Source: an uncultured Jutongia sp. (GTDB lineage Bacteria; Bacillota; Clostridia; Lachnospirales; Lachnospiraceae). From it: 64,000 nucleotides of DNA. A program made the translations under genes and the position numbers. Below, piece by piece: positions 9,725 through 18,961 of this stretch. The DNA is taken from the NCBI GenBank assembly GCA_964511525.1, contig CAZEFX010000001.1, forward strand, positions 1,047-65,046, given 5' to 3'. Each line of letters opens with the position of its first letter. The first letter of the stretch is position 1. Under the pieces are notes generated by a model, which did not search any database, had not been told where the DNA came from, and saw only the letters and a program-made list of their open reading frames with translations.

Positions 9725-10919
9725 TTTTGATACTGTTGTGGACAGAAAAAATACCTATAGTCTGAAATATGACTTTGCGAAAGCGAGAAATATGCCAGAG
9801 GATATAATGCCTCTATGGGTAGCAGATATGGACTTTCCAGTGTCTTCGTATATTCAGGAGGCATTACAGAAGCAGGTGGAACATGGTATTTTTGGATATA
9901 GTGATGTGCAGGAGGAATATTTTGAGGTGGTTAAGAGCTGGATGCAACGTCACTATGGCTGGAATGTGAAAAGTGACTGGCTGGTAAAGACACCAGGGAT
10001 TGTATTTGCTCTTGCCATGGCAGTAAAAGCCTTTACTCAAAAAGGTGATAGCGTGTTGATTCAGCAGCCTGTATATTATCCTTTTCAATCAGTGATTGTT
10101 GACAATGGAAGAAAGATGGTTAGCAGTACATTGAAGCAGGATGATTCTGGAAAATATGAAATTGATTTTGTAGATTTTGAAGAAAAAATAGTAAAAGAAA
10201 ATATAAAGCTATTCTTTTTGTGTAACCCTCATAATCCTGTAGGAAGGGTGTGGAGCGAAGAAGAATTAATTCATTTGGGAGACATTTGTTATAAGCATCA
10301 TGTGATTGTTGTTAGCGATGAAATTCATGCAGATTTTACATTTCAGGGAAAACACCATGTATTTGTAGATTTGAAGGAAGAATATCAAGAGATTGCTATG
10401 GTTGCTACGTCTCCAAGTAAAACCTTTAATATTGCAGGATTACAGGTTTCTAATATTTTTATTCCAAATCCAGAATTAAAAAAGAAATTGCTTCAAGAGA
10501 TTTATGCCTGCGGTTATGTACAGTTAAATGTTATGGGACTAATCGCAGCAAAGGCAGCATATGAACATGGAAATGAGTGGTATAGGGCTATGTATGAATA
10601 TGTCAGGGAAAATATTGCTTATACGAAACGGTTTATAGAAGAAAAAATACCGGATGTAAGGCTTGTAGACCATCAGGGAACCTATTTGGTCTGGCTGGAT
10701 TTCCGGTCATTGAAACTATCGGAACAGGAATTAGAAGAGTTAATAGTAAAAAGGGCAAAATTGTGGCTGGATGGCGGGACTATGTTTGGCAGTGCCGGAA
10801 AGGGCTTTCAAAGAATTAATGTTGCCTGTCCAAGAAAAGTATTAGAAGAAGCCTTAACAAGACTGGAACTAGCAATGAAAGACGTAAAAAATCATGAAGG
10901 AGGATATGATTATGAGTAA
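9705..10919 (+). CDS. MalY/PatB family cystathionine beta-lyase
   Basis: WVADMDF, CNPHNP, SDEIH and SPSKTFN motifs; GGAGG RBS before ATG 9705. Confidence 0.9.
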   Translation: MAEKNLDFDTVVDRKNTYSLKYDFAKARNMPEDIMPLWVADMDFPVSSYIQEALQKQVEHGIFGYSDVQEEYFEVVKSWMQRHYGWNVKSDWLVKTPGIVFALAMAVKAFTQKGDSVLIQQPVYYPFQSVIVDNGRKMVSSTLKQDDSGKYEIDFVDFEEKIVKENIKLFFLCNPHNPVGRVWSEEELIHLGDICYKHHVIVVSDEIHADFTFQGKHHVFVDLKEEYQEIAMVATSPSKTFNIAGLQVSNIFIPNPELKKKLLQEIYACGYVQLNVMGLIAAKAAYEHGNEWYRAMYEYVRENIAYTKRFIEEKIPDVRLVDHQGTYLVWLDFRSLKLSEQELEELIVKRAKLWLDGGTMFGSAGKGFQRINVACPRKVLEEALTRLELAMKDVKNHEGGYDYE

Positions 10920-11850
10920 GATTAAAGAAAGTGCAGCAGAGTTAATTGGAGGAACCCCATTATTAAAGTTAAATAATTATTCAAAAATAGCAGGTGCTAC
11001 AGATGCAACCATTCTTGCGAAGCTGGAATATTTGAATCCGGCTGGCTCCGTTAAAGACAGAATTGCATTAGCAATGATTGAAGATGCAGAGAAGCAGGGG
11101 ATTTTAAAACCGGGTGCAACGATTATTGAGCCTACCTCTGGTAATACAGGAATCGGTTTGGCAGCAGTTGCGGCAGCAAAGGGATATAAGGCAGTTCTTA
11201 CCTTACCGGATACCATGAGTGTGGAAAGAAGAAATCTTTTGAAAGCCTATGGAGCAGAATTAGTGTTGACAGAAGGTGCCAAGGGAATGAAGGGGGCTAT
11301 TGCAAAGGCGGAAGAATTAAAGGAGGCAACTTCAGGAGCTGTTATTTTAGGTCAGTTTGTAAATCCAGCAAACCCAGCAGCTCACAAAGCAACTACCGGT
11401 CCGGAAATCTGGGATCAGACCGATGGAAGGATTGACATCTTTGTGGCAGGTGTTGGCACCGGTGGCACCATTACCGGTGTTGGTGAATACCTAAAGGAAA
11501 AGAATCCGGATGTGAAGGTTGTTGCAGTAGAGCCGGCTACCAGTCCGGTACTGTCCACAGGTACTCCAGGTGCCCACAAGATTCAGGGAATTGGTGCAGG
11601 ATTTGTTCCAGATACTTTAAATACAAAGATTTATGATGAAATTATTACTATAGAAAATGAGGATGCTTTTGCAGAAGGCAGACAATTTGCAGTAAGTGAA
11701 GGTATTCTTGTGGGTATTTCTTCTGGTGCAGCATTAAAGGCAGCAGTTATTTTAGCCTCTCGTTCTGAAAATAAAGGAAAGACTATTGTAGTGTTACTGC
11801 CGGATTCAGGAGACAGATATTTATCTACACCATTGTTTAGTGGTAATTAA
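10912..11850 (+). CDS. cysK: Cysteine synthase A
   Basis: [23 protein letters not shown] and HKIQGIG motifs. Confidence 0.95.
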   Translation: MSKIKESAAELIGGTPLLKLNNYSKIAGATDATILAKLEYLNPAGSVKDRIALAMIEDAEKQGILKPGATIIEPTSGNTGIGLAAVAAAKGYKAVLTLPDTMSVERRNLLKAYGAELVLTEGAKGMKGAIAKAEELKEATSGAVILGQFVNPANPAAHKATTGPEIWDQTDGRIDIFVAGVGTGGTITGVGEYLKEKNPDVKVVAVEPATSPVLSTGTPGAHKIQGIGAGFVPDTLNTKIYDEIITIENEDAFAEGRQFAVSEGILVGISSGAALKAAVILASRSENKGKTIVVLLPDSGDRYLSTPLFSGN

Positions 11851-11967
11851 ACCAGACATTTTTCAATACCAAAACAAAAAAAGTATTGCTATCTGTTGTA
11901 AAATGAATATATAATAGACGAGTGGTTATTGATGAATATCCATAAAAAAGAAATGGAGGAAAAGAGA

Positions 11968-12954
11968 ATGAGTATTAGAATTGGTATTTTAGGTTATGGT
12001 AACCTTTCCCGTGGTGTGGAAAGTGCAATAATGCAGAACGAGGATACTACCCTTGTGGCTGTATTCACAAAGAGAGACCCAAAGACTCTTAAGATTCATA
12101 CAGAGAATGTTCCGGTTTGTCATGTAGATGAAATCCAGAACTGGAAAGATAAGATAGATGTATTGGTTCTGGGTGGCGGAAGTGCTACAGACCTTCCAGA
12201 GCAGACTCCAAAGTACGCTTCTATGTTTAATGTAGTAGATAGCTTTGATACCCATGCAAGAATCCCAGAGCATTTCGCTAATGTAGATAAGGCAGCAAAG
12301 GAAAGCGGCAAGGTTGGCGTGATTTCCATTGGTTGGGATCCGGGAATGTTTTCTCTTCTGCGTATGATTACTACCGCAGTACTTCCAGAGGGTGAGAATT
12401 ACACATTCTGGGGTAAGGGTGTAAGTCAGGGTCATTCTGATGCCATCAGACGGATTCCGGGCGTAAAGGATGCAAGACAGTACACTATCCCTGTAGATGC
12501 TTCTGTAGAGAAGGTAAGAAATGGCGAGAATCCAACCCTTTCTACTAGAGAGAAGCACGTAAGAGACTGCTACGTGGTAGTAGAAGAGGGAGCAGATAAG
12601 GCTGCTATCGAAGAAAGCATTAAGACAATGCCAAACTACTTTGCAGATTATGACACTACCGTTACTTTCATTTCTGAAGAGGAGATGAAGGAGAAGCATA
12701 GCGGACTTCCTCATGGTGGTTTCGTATTAAGAAGTGGTGTAACAGGCTTTAACAAGGAAAATCAGCATATCGTAGAATATAACTTAAAGCTGGATTCCAA
12801 TCCAGAGTTTACTGGTTCTGTTATTCTGGCATATGCAAGAGCAGCCTACAGACTGGCTCAGGAAGGTGTTAGTGGCTGCAAGACGATTTTTGATATTGCA
12901 CCATCTTACATCAGCCCAATTAGTGCAGAGGATTTGAGAAAAGACTATCTGTAG
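11968..12954 (+). CDS. ddh: meso-Diaminopimelate dehydrogenase
   Basis: GYGNL, DSFDTH, GWDPG, SQGHS and NPEFT motifs. Confidence 0.93.
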   Translation: MSIRIGILGYGNLSRGVESAIMQNEDTTLVAVFTKRDPKTLKIHTENVPVCHVDEIQNWKDKIDVLVLGGGSATDLPEQTPKYASMFNVVDSFDTHARIPEHFANVDKAAKESGKVGVISIGWDPGMFSLLRMITTAVLPEGENYTFWGKGVSQGHSDAIRRIPGVKDARQYTIPVDASVEKVRNGENPTLSTREKHVRDCYVVVEEGADKAAIEESIKTMPNYFADYDTTVTFISEEEMKEKHSGLPHGGFVLRSGVTGFNKENQHIVEYNLKLDSNPEFTGSVILAYARAAYRLAQEGVSGCKTIFDIAPSYISPISAEDLRKDYL

Positions 12955-12988
12955 GAAATAGAATAGGAAGGCAAACAGCCACATAGCA

Positions 12989-13972
12989 TCATTTGGATGT
13001 TATGTGGCTGATTCTTTTTTGCTTTCGTAGCCGCTCTTTTACCTGTCCTAAAAATCGTTCACTCCCCAAAACCTCTATCATAGGTCCAAAGGATAGAACC
13101 TCGATTAATAGTTCTGTTTCCATTTTTTGATTGTAGTAGATAAGGCATTCATAAGTGTTTTCATTTATTTTTGTGGTATTTTTTTCGTAGTTTGCAAATT
13201 GTAGCATAGCCCGTTCTAAAGCATTCCGGTCTGTGTGAATCAAAAGTCTGGCAGGTTCCTTGTAGTAGGTAGAACGAATCATTTGGGAAATGTCAGGCAG
13301 TTTTTGTTCATATTTTGGTAGCAAATTTACGGTTTGCATTCTGTCCAGATTTAAAATTTCTAAAGAACCATGATGGGTTTTGCTTACGGTGATTCCCAAA
13401 AGCCGAAATTTATCATTCTTTATAGAATATTCCAATCTGCAAGGAAGGTAGTGGTGATGTACCCGGCGGTGATTTTTGGCTTCATAGGAAATATCAACAT
13501 ATTGTTGGTTTTTGATAGCAGTTAATAAGGTACGAAAATTTTGCTGATAAAGGGGATTGGAATAATCATCCCCATTGGAAAAGCAATCATAGTAGTGGAA
13601 AGCTTCCGAATTCCATAATGGTGTAGTATGGCAAAATAGTTCTTGTAATCGTTTATGCTCTTCTGGGGAGAAAAAAAGCTGAATTCGCTTGTCCTGTAAA
13701 ATGGTTTTGATATAGGAGCGTTGCAAATTCGTCAAAGGAACATAAAAATTTTCGGACAATTTTGAAAAATACAAATCCCCTTCTTTATCCAATAAATTCC
13801 ACTCTCCACTGGTAAGCTTTGGAACTAAGTATAAAAAACTTTCCTCATAACCCATATCCTCTACCTGAGACTGGATTTCTGATAGGGATAGTGGAGAGGA
13901 GGTTTGTAATATTGATTTCATAATCTGGTAATAGCAATTATATAGTTCTGAAAAAATCTCCATAATCTCCAT
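12989..13972 (-). CDS. WYL domain-containing protein (WYL+WCX)
   Basis: ISY..P.RLEYS..KFRL and LNLDRM WYL core; LSFGP.IEVL WCX end. Confidence 0.85.
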   Translation of the reverse strand: MEIMEIFSELYNCYYQIMKSILQTSSPLSLSEIQSQVEDMGYEESFLYLVPKLTSGEWNLLDKEGDLYFSKLSENFYVPLTNLQRSYIKTILQDKRIQLFFSPEEHKRLQELFCHTTPLWNSEAFHYYDCFSNGDDYSNPLYQQNFRTLLTAIKNQQYVDISYEAKNHRRVHHHYLPCRLEYSIKNDKFRLLGITVSKTHHGSLEILNLDRMQTVNLLPKYEQKLPDISQMIRSTYYKEPARLLIHTDRNALERAMLQFANYEKNTTKINENTYECLIYYNQKMETELLIEVLSFGPMIEVLGSERFLGQVKERLRKQKRISHITSK

Positions 13973-13980
13973 TTCCTTTC

Positions 13981-15213
13981 TTAAATATGGTACAGCTCAT
14001 ACATTGTTTCCATATCACGATAGAATATGTTGCGTAGCCAATTTGAACTGCATTGGATGTCTATAATGCGTCCGGTAAAGGTTCTAATCCAAGGTAACAT
14101 TTCATTGCTGTCAAATATTTCTTTTTCATAGGTATATGTATTTGGTGCAATGTGGGTAATCCTTCCGCCTTTTCCTTCCCGCTTCAGTCGTTCCAAAATA
14201 AAATCTTCTTTTTTTTCGTCAATGGAAAGAGTAAGGGTCACGGTTTCCGTATGTAGTTTCTGGGAACTCTGAAAGGAAACACCCCAGATAAGGGGGTGGT
14301 TATTCATTAGTTTTTCTTTCTGTTCCTGATAGTCCTCTGGCTGTTTGGATAGCTCCACCTTTTTAATACTATCAATGCGAACCGTGCTAAATCGTCGGGA
14401 CGCTTCTGAGTACAGACAAAGGAAACGTCTGCCGGTACGGGTGCTGACAAAGATTTCCAGAGGGATTCCCTGCTGGCTGGTTTCAAAGCCGTTTTTTGTT
14501 GATTTTAACAGGAGCGTTACAGCACGTTTCTGCTGCATGGCATCTAAGATTTCTAATAAGACCTGGTCTTCCAGAGTATGCACAAAGAAACTATGTTTTA
14601 CCCGAAAGATTTCATTTCCTTCCTTGAGATTATCCAGAATGGTATTTCCCACAATTCCCAGTGGTGAGGAAAATTGAAAATATTTTAAAGCTTCTTTTAA
14701 TTCTGGAAATTCTGTTACTATATCCTGAAAGTCCGGATTTTTAAAATAAAGCAATTCCTTTCCAGCCTTTTCCTTTCGGAGAAGACCTTCCTTAACATAG
14801 GCATTGCACTTTCTACGGATAATCTGGGCATCGAAAAAGACTTCGTACTGTTCTAATAGTCCATCTGTAATCTCTTCCACAGTATATCCTTCCTGATGGG
14901 AAAGAAAATCTAATAAAAGGAAGTGCAGCATAATGTCATTATCCGTAAAGCTTTTCGTCTTCCAAACCCGGTAAAGTGGATTAAAATCCAATAAATTGCT
15001 GTCAATAGCAAGGGAAATATTCTTTCCCTTAGAAGTATAATCCCGGTTGATAAAACCAGAAAGCCAGCTTTCAATGCGCCGTCGCTCATTATCGTAGGTT
15101 CTGGCGCTTTTTTCCTTAAACTCCTCTCTGGTTTTAAAACCGTATACAAAAAAATCCCGGACATATTCTCTGGTTTTTGGAAAACTTTTAATCAATTCTT
15201 TAAATTCAGACAC
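13981..15213 (-). CDS. wHTH-WYL-WCX transcriptional regulator
   Basis: PLEIFVS..GRRFL, VRIDSI and PWIRTF motifs; GTG start with GGAGG RBS; 8 nt from the partner gene. Confidence 0.85.
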   Translation of the reverse strand: MSEFKELIKSFPKTREYVRDFFVYGFKTREEFKEKSARTYDNERRRIESWLSGFINRDYTSKGKNISLAIDSNLLDFNPLYRVWKTKSFTDNDIMLHFLLLDFLSHQEGYTVEEITDGLLEQYEVFFDAQIIRRKCNAYVKEGLLRKEKAGKELLYFKNPDFQDIVTEFPELKEALKYFQFSSPLGIVGNTILDNLKEGNEIFRVKHSFFVHTLEDQVLLEILDAMQQKRAVTLLLKSTKNGFETSQQGIPLEIFVSTRTGRRFLCLYSEASRRFSTVRIDSIKKVELSKQPEDYQEQKEKLMNNHPLIWGVSFQSSQKLHTETVTLTLSIDEKKEDFILERLKREGKGGRITHIAPNTYTYEKEIFDSNEMLPWIRTFTGRIIDIQCSSNWLRNIFYRDMETMYELYHI

Positions 15214-15308
15214 AAAAGCACCTCCTTTTTATAATTAAAACTACACTTGTTCATTCTCAAAGATAAATAATATATGGCTTTTCGGTATGAGAAACATATG
15301 TTTTTACA

Positions 15309-15337
15309 ATTTTATTTTAATATGATAACCATGTCAA
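15309..15337 (-). promoter_or_regulatory. SigA-type promoter of the WYL pair
   Basis: Minus strand TTGACA-17-TAAAAT. Confidence 0.6.
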
Positions 15338-15437
15338 TAAAATATGTTCGCAACTTTTTTGAAATGAAAAATTTTCCAGTGTGACGTAGAATGACATTGT
15401 CGAAAGGAACACAAGATAAACAAAGGAGGGAACGACA

Positions 15438-16670
15438 ATGTTTGTATTATTTAATGAAAACACAAGATGGCCGGTGAAGGTTTGGCTGAAAGACATGGAA
15501 CAGTTAGAGGAGAATTGTTTGGAACAGGCATATCATTTGTCTAACCTTCCATTTATTCATAAATGGGTCTGCCTTATGCCGGATACTCACGCTGGAAAGG
15601 GAATGCCTATCGGTGGTGTGATTGCCACCAAGGATGTGATTATTCCAAATGCAGTAGGTGTAGATATTGGCTGTGGTATGGTATTTACCGCTACAAATAT
15701 TAAGGTGGCAGATATTAAGGAAGTTATGACAGGAAATGGAAGTCTGATACAGGCCATGGTAGGCAGTATTATGCGTACCGTTCCTTTAGGAATGGAGCGT
15801 CATAAGCAGCCACAGGAATCTTCGGTTTTAGATCAGGCAAAGAAAGAGATTGAAAAGTATAATGTCAATGAAGAGTTACTTCATTTGATTGAGGAAGGCT
15901 ACTATCAGGTAGGTACTCTTGGTGGAGGAAATCATTTCATTGAGCTTCAAGAGGATGAGGATGGATACCTTTGTATTATGATTCATTCCGGAAGCCGTCA
16001 TTTAGGAAAGGAGATTTGCGATTATTTTCATAATAAGGCAAGAGACCTGAACCAAAAATGGTACAGTGCAGTGCCGGATAACTACCGCTTAGCATTCTTG
16101 CCAGTGCAGTCAGAGGAAGGAAAGCAGTACATTAACTGGATGAATCTGGCTTTGGATTATGCTTTTGAAAATAGAGACCGCATGCTGCAAAATACCTGCA
16201 ATGTAGTAAAGGAGTTGATTGAAAAGTATACAGAGTACAAGGTGGAATTTTCAGACCGTATCAATTGTCATCATAATTATGCAGCAATAGAGAATCATTA
16301 TGGTGCCAATGTATGGGTACACAGAAAGGGTGCTACCAGAGTACGGGAAGGAGAACGGGCTGTGATTCCGGGAGCTATGGGTTCTTATAGCTATGTGGTA
16401 GAAGGAAAGGGGAATCCAGAAACCTTCTGTACCTCTTCTCACGGTGCTGGCCGCTGTTATTCCAGAAGTGGTGCAAAGGCTGCTTTTTCGGTAGAAGAGG
16501 TTATTGTGGATTTGAAGGAACAGGGAGTGGTTCTTGGTAAGCGTAAAAAGAATGATGTGGCAGAGGAGTGTCGTTTTGCTTATAAGGACATTGACGAAGT
16601 CATGGAGCAGCAGAAGGACATGGTGACACCAGTTCGGAAGTTAAAGACCATTGGTGTAGTCAAGGGATAA
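15438..16670 (+). CDS. rtcB: RtcB family RNA ligase (3'-phosphate/2',3'-cyclic phosphate to 5'-OH)
   Basis: MPDTH, VGVDIGCG, GTLGGGNHF, HSGSR, HHNY, HRKGA, SHGAGR and AYK motifs all intact. Confidence 0.95.
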   Translation: MFVLFNENTRWPVKVWLKDMEQLEENCLEQAYHLSNLPFIHKWVCLMPDTHAGKGMPIGGVIATKDVIIPNAVGVDIGCGMVFTATNIKVADIKEVMTGNGSLIQAMVGSIMRTVPLGMERHKQPQESSVLDQAKKEIEKYNVNEELLHLIEEGYYQVGTLGGGNHFIELQEDEDGYLCIMIHSGSRHLGKEICDYFHNKARDLNQKWYSAVPDNYRLAFLPVQSEEGKQYINWMNLALDYAFENRDRMLQNTCNVVKELIEKYTEYKVEFSDRINCHHNYAAIENHYGANVWVHRKGATRVREGERAVIPGAMGSYSYVVEGKGNPETFCTSSHGAGRCYSRSGAKAAFSVEEVIVDLKEQGVVLGKRKKNDVAEECRFAYKDIDEVMEQQKDMVTPVRKLKTIGVVKG

Positions 16671-16711
16671 AAAGAAATAACCCGCAGAAATATTCTGTGG
16701 TTATGATATAA

Positions 16712-16799
16712 GGGAAGAATTTATTTGCGTGGGCATTGGGGAATATCCCCTGCTCTGCGGTGCCGGTATATGATACAGGGTATTCCATAAGTTTTTTCT
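16712..16799 (+). ncRNA. Putative structured RNA module 1 (13-bp terminal stem plus internal hairpins)
   Basis: GGGAAGAAUUUAU (16712-16724) pairs with AUAAGUUUUUUCU (16787-16799), including G-U pairs. Confidence 0.45.
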
Positions 16800-16812
16800 C
16801 TGCAAGCCTATT

Positions 16813-16950
16813 AAGGGAATAGGAAGAACTTGTGTTGTCGGTGGTTCGATTCCACCCCATGAAAATGGTAGCTCAGACGGGTAGAGCACACAACGATATG
16901 TAATTCGGTGGTTCAAATCCACCAAAAATCAAGGTACAGACTATTTCTTT
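16813..16950 (+). ncRNA. Y RNA (YrlA)-like RNA with a circularly permuted tRNA-like domain and a second T arm
   Basis: T arm GGTGG-TTCGATT-CCACC, acceptor CCAT-GAAA-ATGG, TA, D arm GCTC-AGACGGGTA-GAGC, closed by TTGTG/CACAA; outer stem 16813-16822/16941-16950. Confidence 0.7.
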
Positions 16951-16958
16951 TGTTGGCA

Positions 16959-17165
16959 CCAGCTTCTTTTGGAAGGGCTGGAGAAGGCGGTTTTTTCTGT
17001 TGCCTGAAAGGTGAGGATACCGCAGGATGATGTAATAGGACAACAAAGGTGAAGATAAGCTGAAAAAGGCGAGAGTTCATCGAGCTCATAAGCCATGCAG
17101 TCTTAGAGAAACCCCAGTCCTCCTGTTACACAAAATGCTAAATCACATTTCCGCAACAGAAGAAA
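16959..17165 (+). ncRNA. Putative structured RNA module 3 / slipin leader
   Basis: Nested stems 16991-17003/17153-17165 (13 bp) and 17031-17040/17121-17130 (10 bp). Confidence 0.45.
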
Positions 17166-17213
17166 TACAAAAGAGATAGAATGTACTATTTCAAAGAGAA
17201 AGGAAGAAAGAAA

Positions 17214-18317
17214 ATGAGATATATTATTCGTGAAAATGAAATTGGTTTTGTGATTAAGAATGGTAAATTTGAGAGATTAGTCCAAGCAGGAATTCATCAT
17301 TTTTCAAGAATGTTAGGATATGAAGTTTACATAGAAGAAATGATGGGTGAGTTGGATTTTATGGAGATTCCATATCAGGTGCTGGTAAAGGATTCTCTTT
17401 TCCAGAAGTCTACAGTACGTTTTCAGATACCAGATAATTATCTTGGTCTGATTTATATTAATGATACCCTGCATACCTTTGCAAATCGCAGGGAATACAT
17501 TTTTTGGAATGTATTTGAAAAGTATGAGATAAAGTTAATTTCTATGGAGGAGCCAGAGATTGGAAAGGAAGTTACCAGACAAATGCTGGCGGTGATTCCG
17601 GGAAAATATTATACCAATATAAAGGTGGCGGAAGGCCAGATTGGTCTTTTGTATTATGACAACGTATTACAGAAGACCCTGACTTCTGGTGACTATTTCT
17701 ATTGGAATCATGGGATTCATGTATCTGCAAGAATTGTGGACATGAAGCAGCAGGAATTAACCATTGCTGGTCAGGAGATTTTAACCAAGGATAAGATTGG
17801 AATTCGTATGAATGTGGCTTGCACCTATCGTGTGAAGGATGCGGTTGCTTTAGTGGAAACTATCAGCAATTTCCAACAGCAGATTTATTCCTTTGTGCAG
17901 TTAGCCATCCGTGAGCTTGCAGGCAGCTACAAGCTGGACGAGATTTTAGAATGGAAGGAAACCCTTTCTGAAAAAATCTTTGAAAAGGTGAAGGAGAAGG
18001 AAGGTGGATTTTATGTAGAATTTCTTTCTGTAGGTATCAAGGACATTATCCTGCCGGGAGAAATTAAGGACATTATGAATTCTGTCCTTGTGGCAGAAAA
18101 GTCCGCTCAGGCTAATGTGATATCCAGAAGGGAGGAGGTTGCCTCTACCAGATCTTTGTTAAATACGGCAAAGCTCATGGATGAGAACAAGACTCTTTAC
18201 CGCTTGAAGGAGCTGGAGTACTTGGAGAGAATCTGCGATAAGGTAGGTGAAATCTCTGTCAATGGTAACTCAGGTTTGGTAGAGCAGTTGGGATTATTGC
18301 TGGGAAATAAAGCGTAA
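17214..18317 (+). CDS. Slipin family protein (SPFH/band-7)
   Basis: Three repeats of the IxE..G-type module; GQEILTKDKI.IR.N, KDIILPGE and RREE.A.TRSLLNTAKLM motifs. Confidence 0.88.
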   Translation: MRYIIRENEIGFVIKNGKFERLVQAGIHHFSRMLGYEVYIEEMMGELDFMEIPYQVLVKDSLFQKSTVRFQIPDNYLGLIYINDTLHTFANRREYIFWNVFEKYEIKLISMEEPEIGKEVTRQMLAVIPGKYYTNIKVAEGQIGLLYYDNVLQKTLTSGDYFYWNHGIHVSARIVDMKQQELTIAGQEILTKDKIGIRMNVACTYRVKDAVALVETISNFQQQIYSFVQLAIRELAGSYKLDEILEWKETLSEKIFEKVKEKEGGFYVEFLSVGIKDIILPGEIKDIMNSVLVAEKSAQANVISRREEVASTRSLLNTAKLMDENKTLYRLKELEYLERICDKVGEISVNGNSGLVEQLGLLLGNKA

Positions 18318-18345
18318 AAATTTTCTCATAATATCAACTATGTAT

Positions 18346-18524
18346 AGTGACGCAGAAAAAGTTCATATATATTTCCGTTTCGTGGACGCCTTGCGGCTCA
18401 AGATAAACTACGCAATGGTGCATAGGATGTTATCTTCATGCAAATGCATTTGATACCATCCAAGCACCAGCGAGTTTAAATGCCACTCAATCGGAAAATA
18501 TATGAACTTTTTCTGCTGTGTACT
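18346..18524 (+). repeat. Rod-shaped intergenic repeat, copy A
   Basis: Terminal IR GCAGAAAAAGTTCATATA/TATATGAACTTTTTCTGC; homologous to 24838-25016 and 27518-27695. Confidence 0.8.
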
Positions 18525-18616
18525 GAATATCTGCATAATTAAATATTACTGAGAAAATTATCGCATTGCATTGTAGTTACAATATATAACTAATAATATC
18601 AAACTGTGCAAACAGT

Positions 18617-18717
18617 CAGTGGACAGACAAAAAATGTCATTGGTTTTCTTTCTGAGTGGCGTTTGAACTCGCCGGTGCTTGAAGGATAACAAGCGTATTA
18701 TGCGAGGTTATCCTTTT
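18617..18717 (-). repeat. Rod-shaped repeat, partial copy B (overlaps the 3' end of the XRE gene)
   Basis: TGAGTGGCGTTTGAACTCGCCGGTGCTTGAAGGATA is identical to a stretch of copy C. Confidence 0.8.
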
Positions 18718-18961
18718 CCAGATTGAGTAAGTAATCTGGGGTGGTATGAAGTAATTTCGCAAATATAGCTACTTCATAGTCTGGAATAAAGCGAATTCCC
18801 AGTTCTGCTTTGGTGATTGCATTGGCAGTAATAAAATCATACCCTGCGATTTGTGCGTCTGTTGCCAGTTTTTCTATGGTCATTTTCTGTCTTTTTCTAC
18901 ATTCTCGGATTCTTGTACCACATAGGTTTTTTCGGGTTTCATTATACCAAAATGCTTTCAC
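18698..18961 (-). CDS. XRE family helix-turn-helix regulator
   Basis: KNLCGTRIRECR...TIEKLA...ITKAELGIRF HTH_3 pattern. Confidence 0.8.
   Translation of the reverse strand: MKAFWYNETRKNLCGTRIRECRKRQKMTIEKLATDAQIAGYDFITANAITKAELGIRFIPDYEVAIFAKLLHTTPDYLLNLEKDNLA

Noticed and set aside
16660-16925. Minus-strand ORFs of 66 and 74 aa in the rtcB-slipin spacer
   Set aside because: They are antisense shadows of the structured RNA, with no RBS and no recognisable protein motifs.
16861-16930. Conventional tRNA read as D arm, anticodon, then the second T arm
   Set aside because: No acceptor pairing (GAAAATGG versus AAAAATC) and no proper anticodon stem-loop; only the permuted fold is complete.
17000-17120. 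Hammerhead ribozyme
   Set aside because: No CUGANGA core with correctly placed GAAA and stems.
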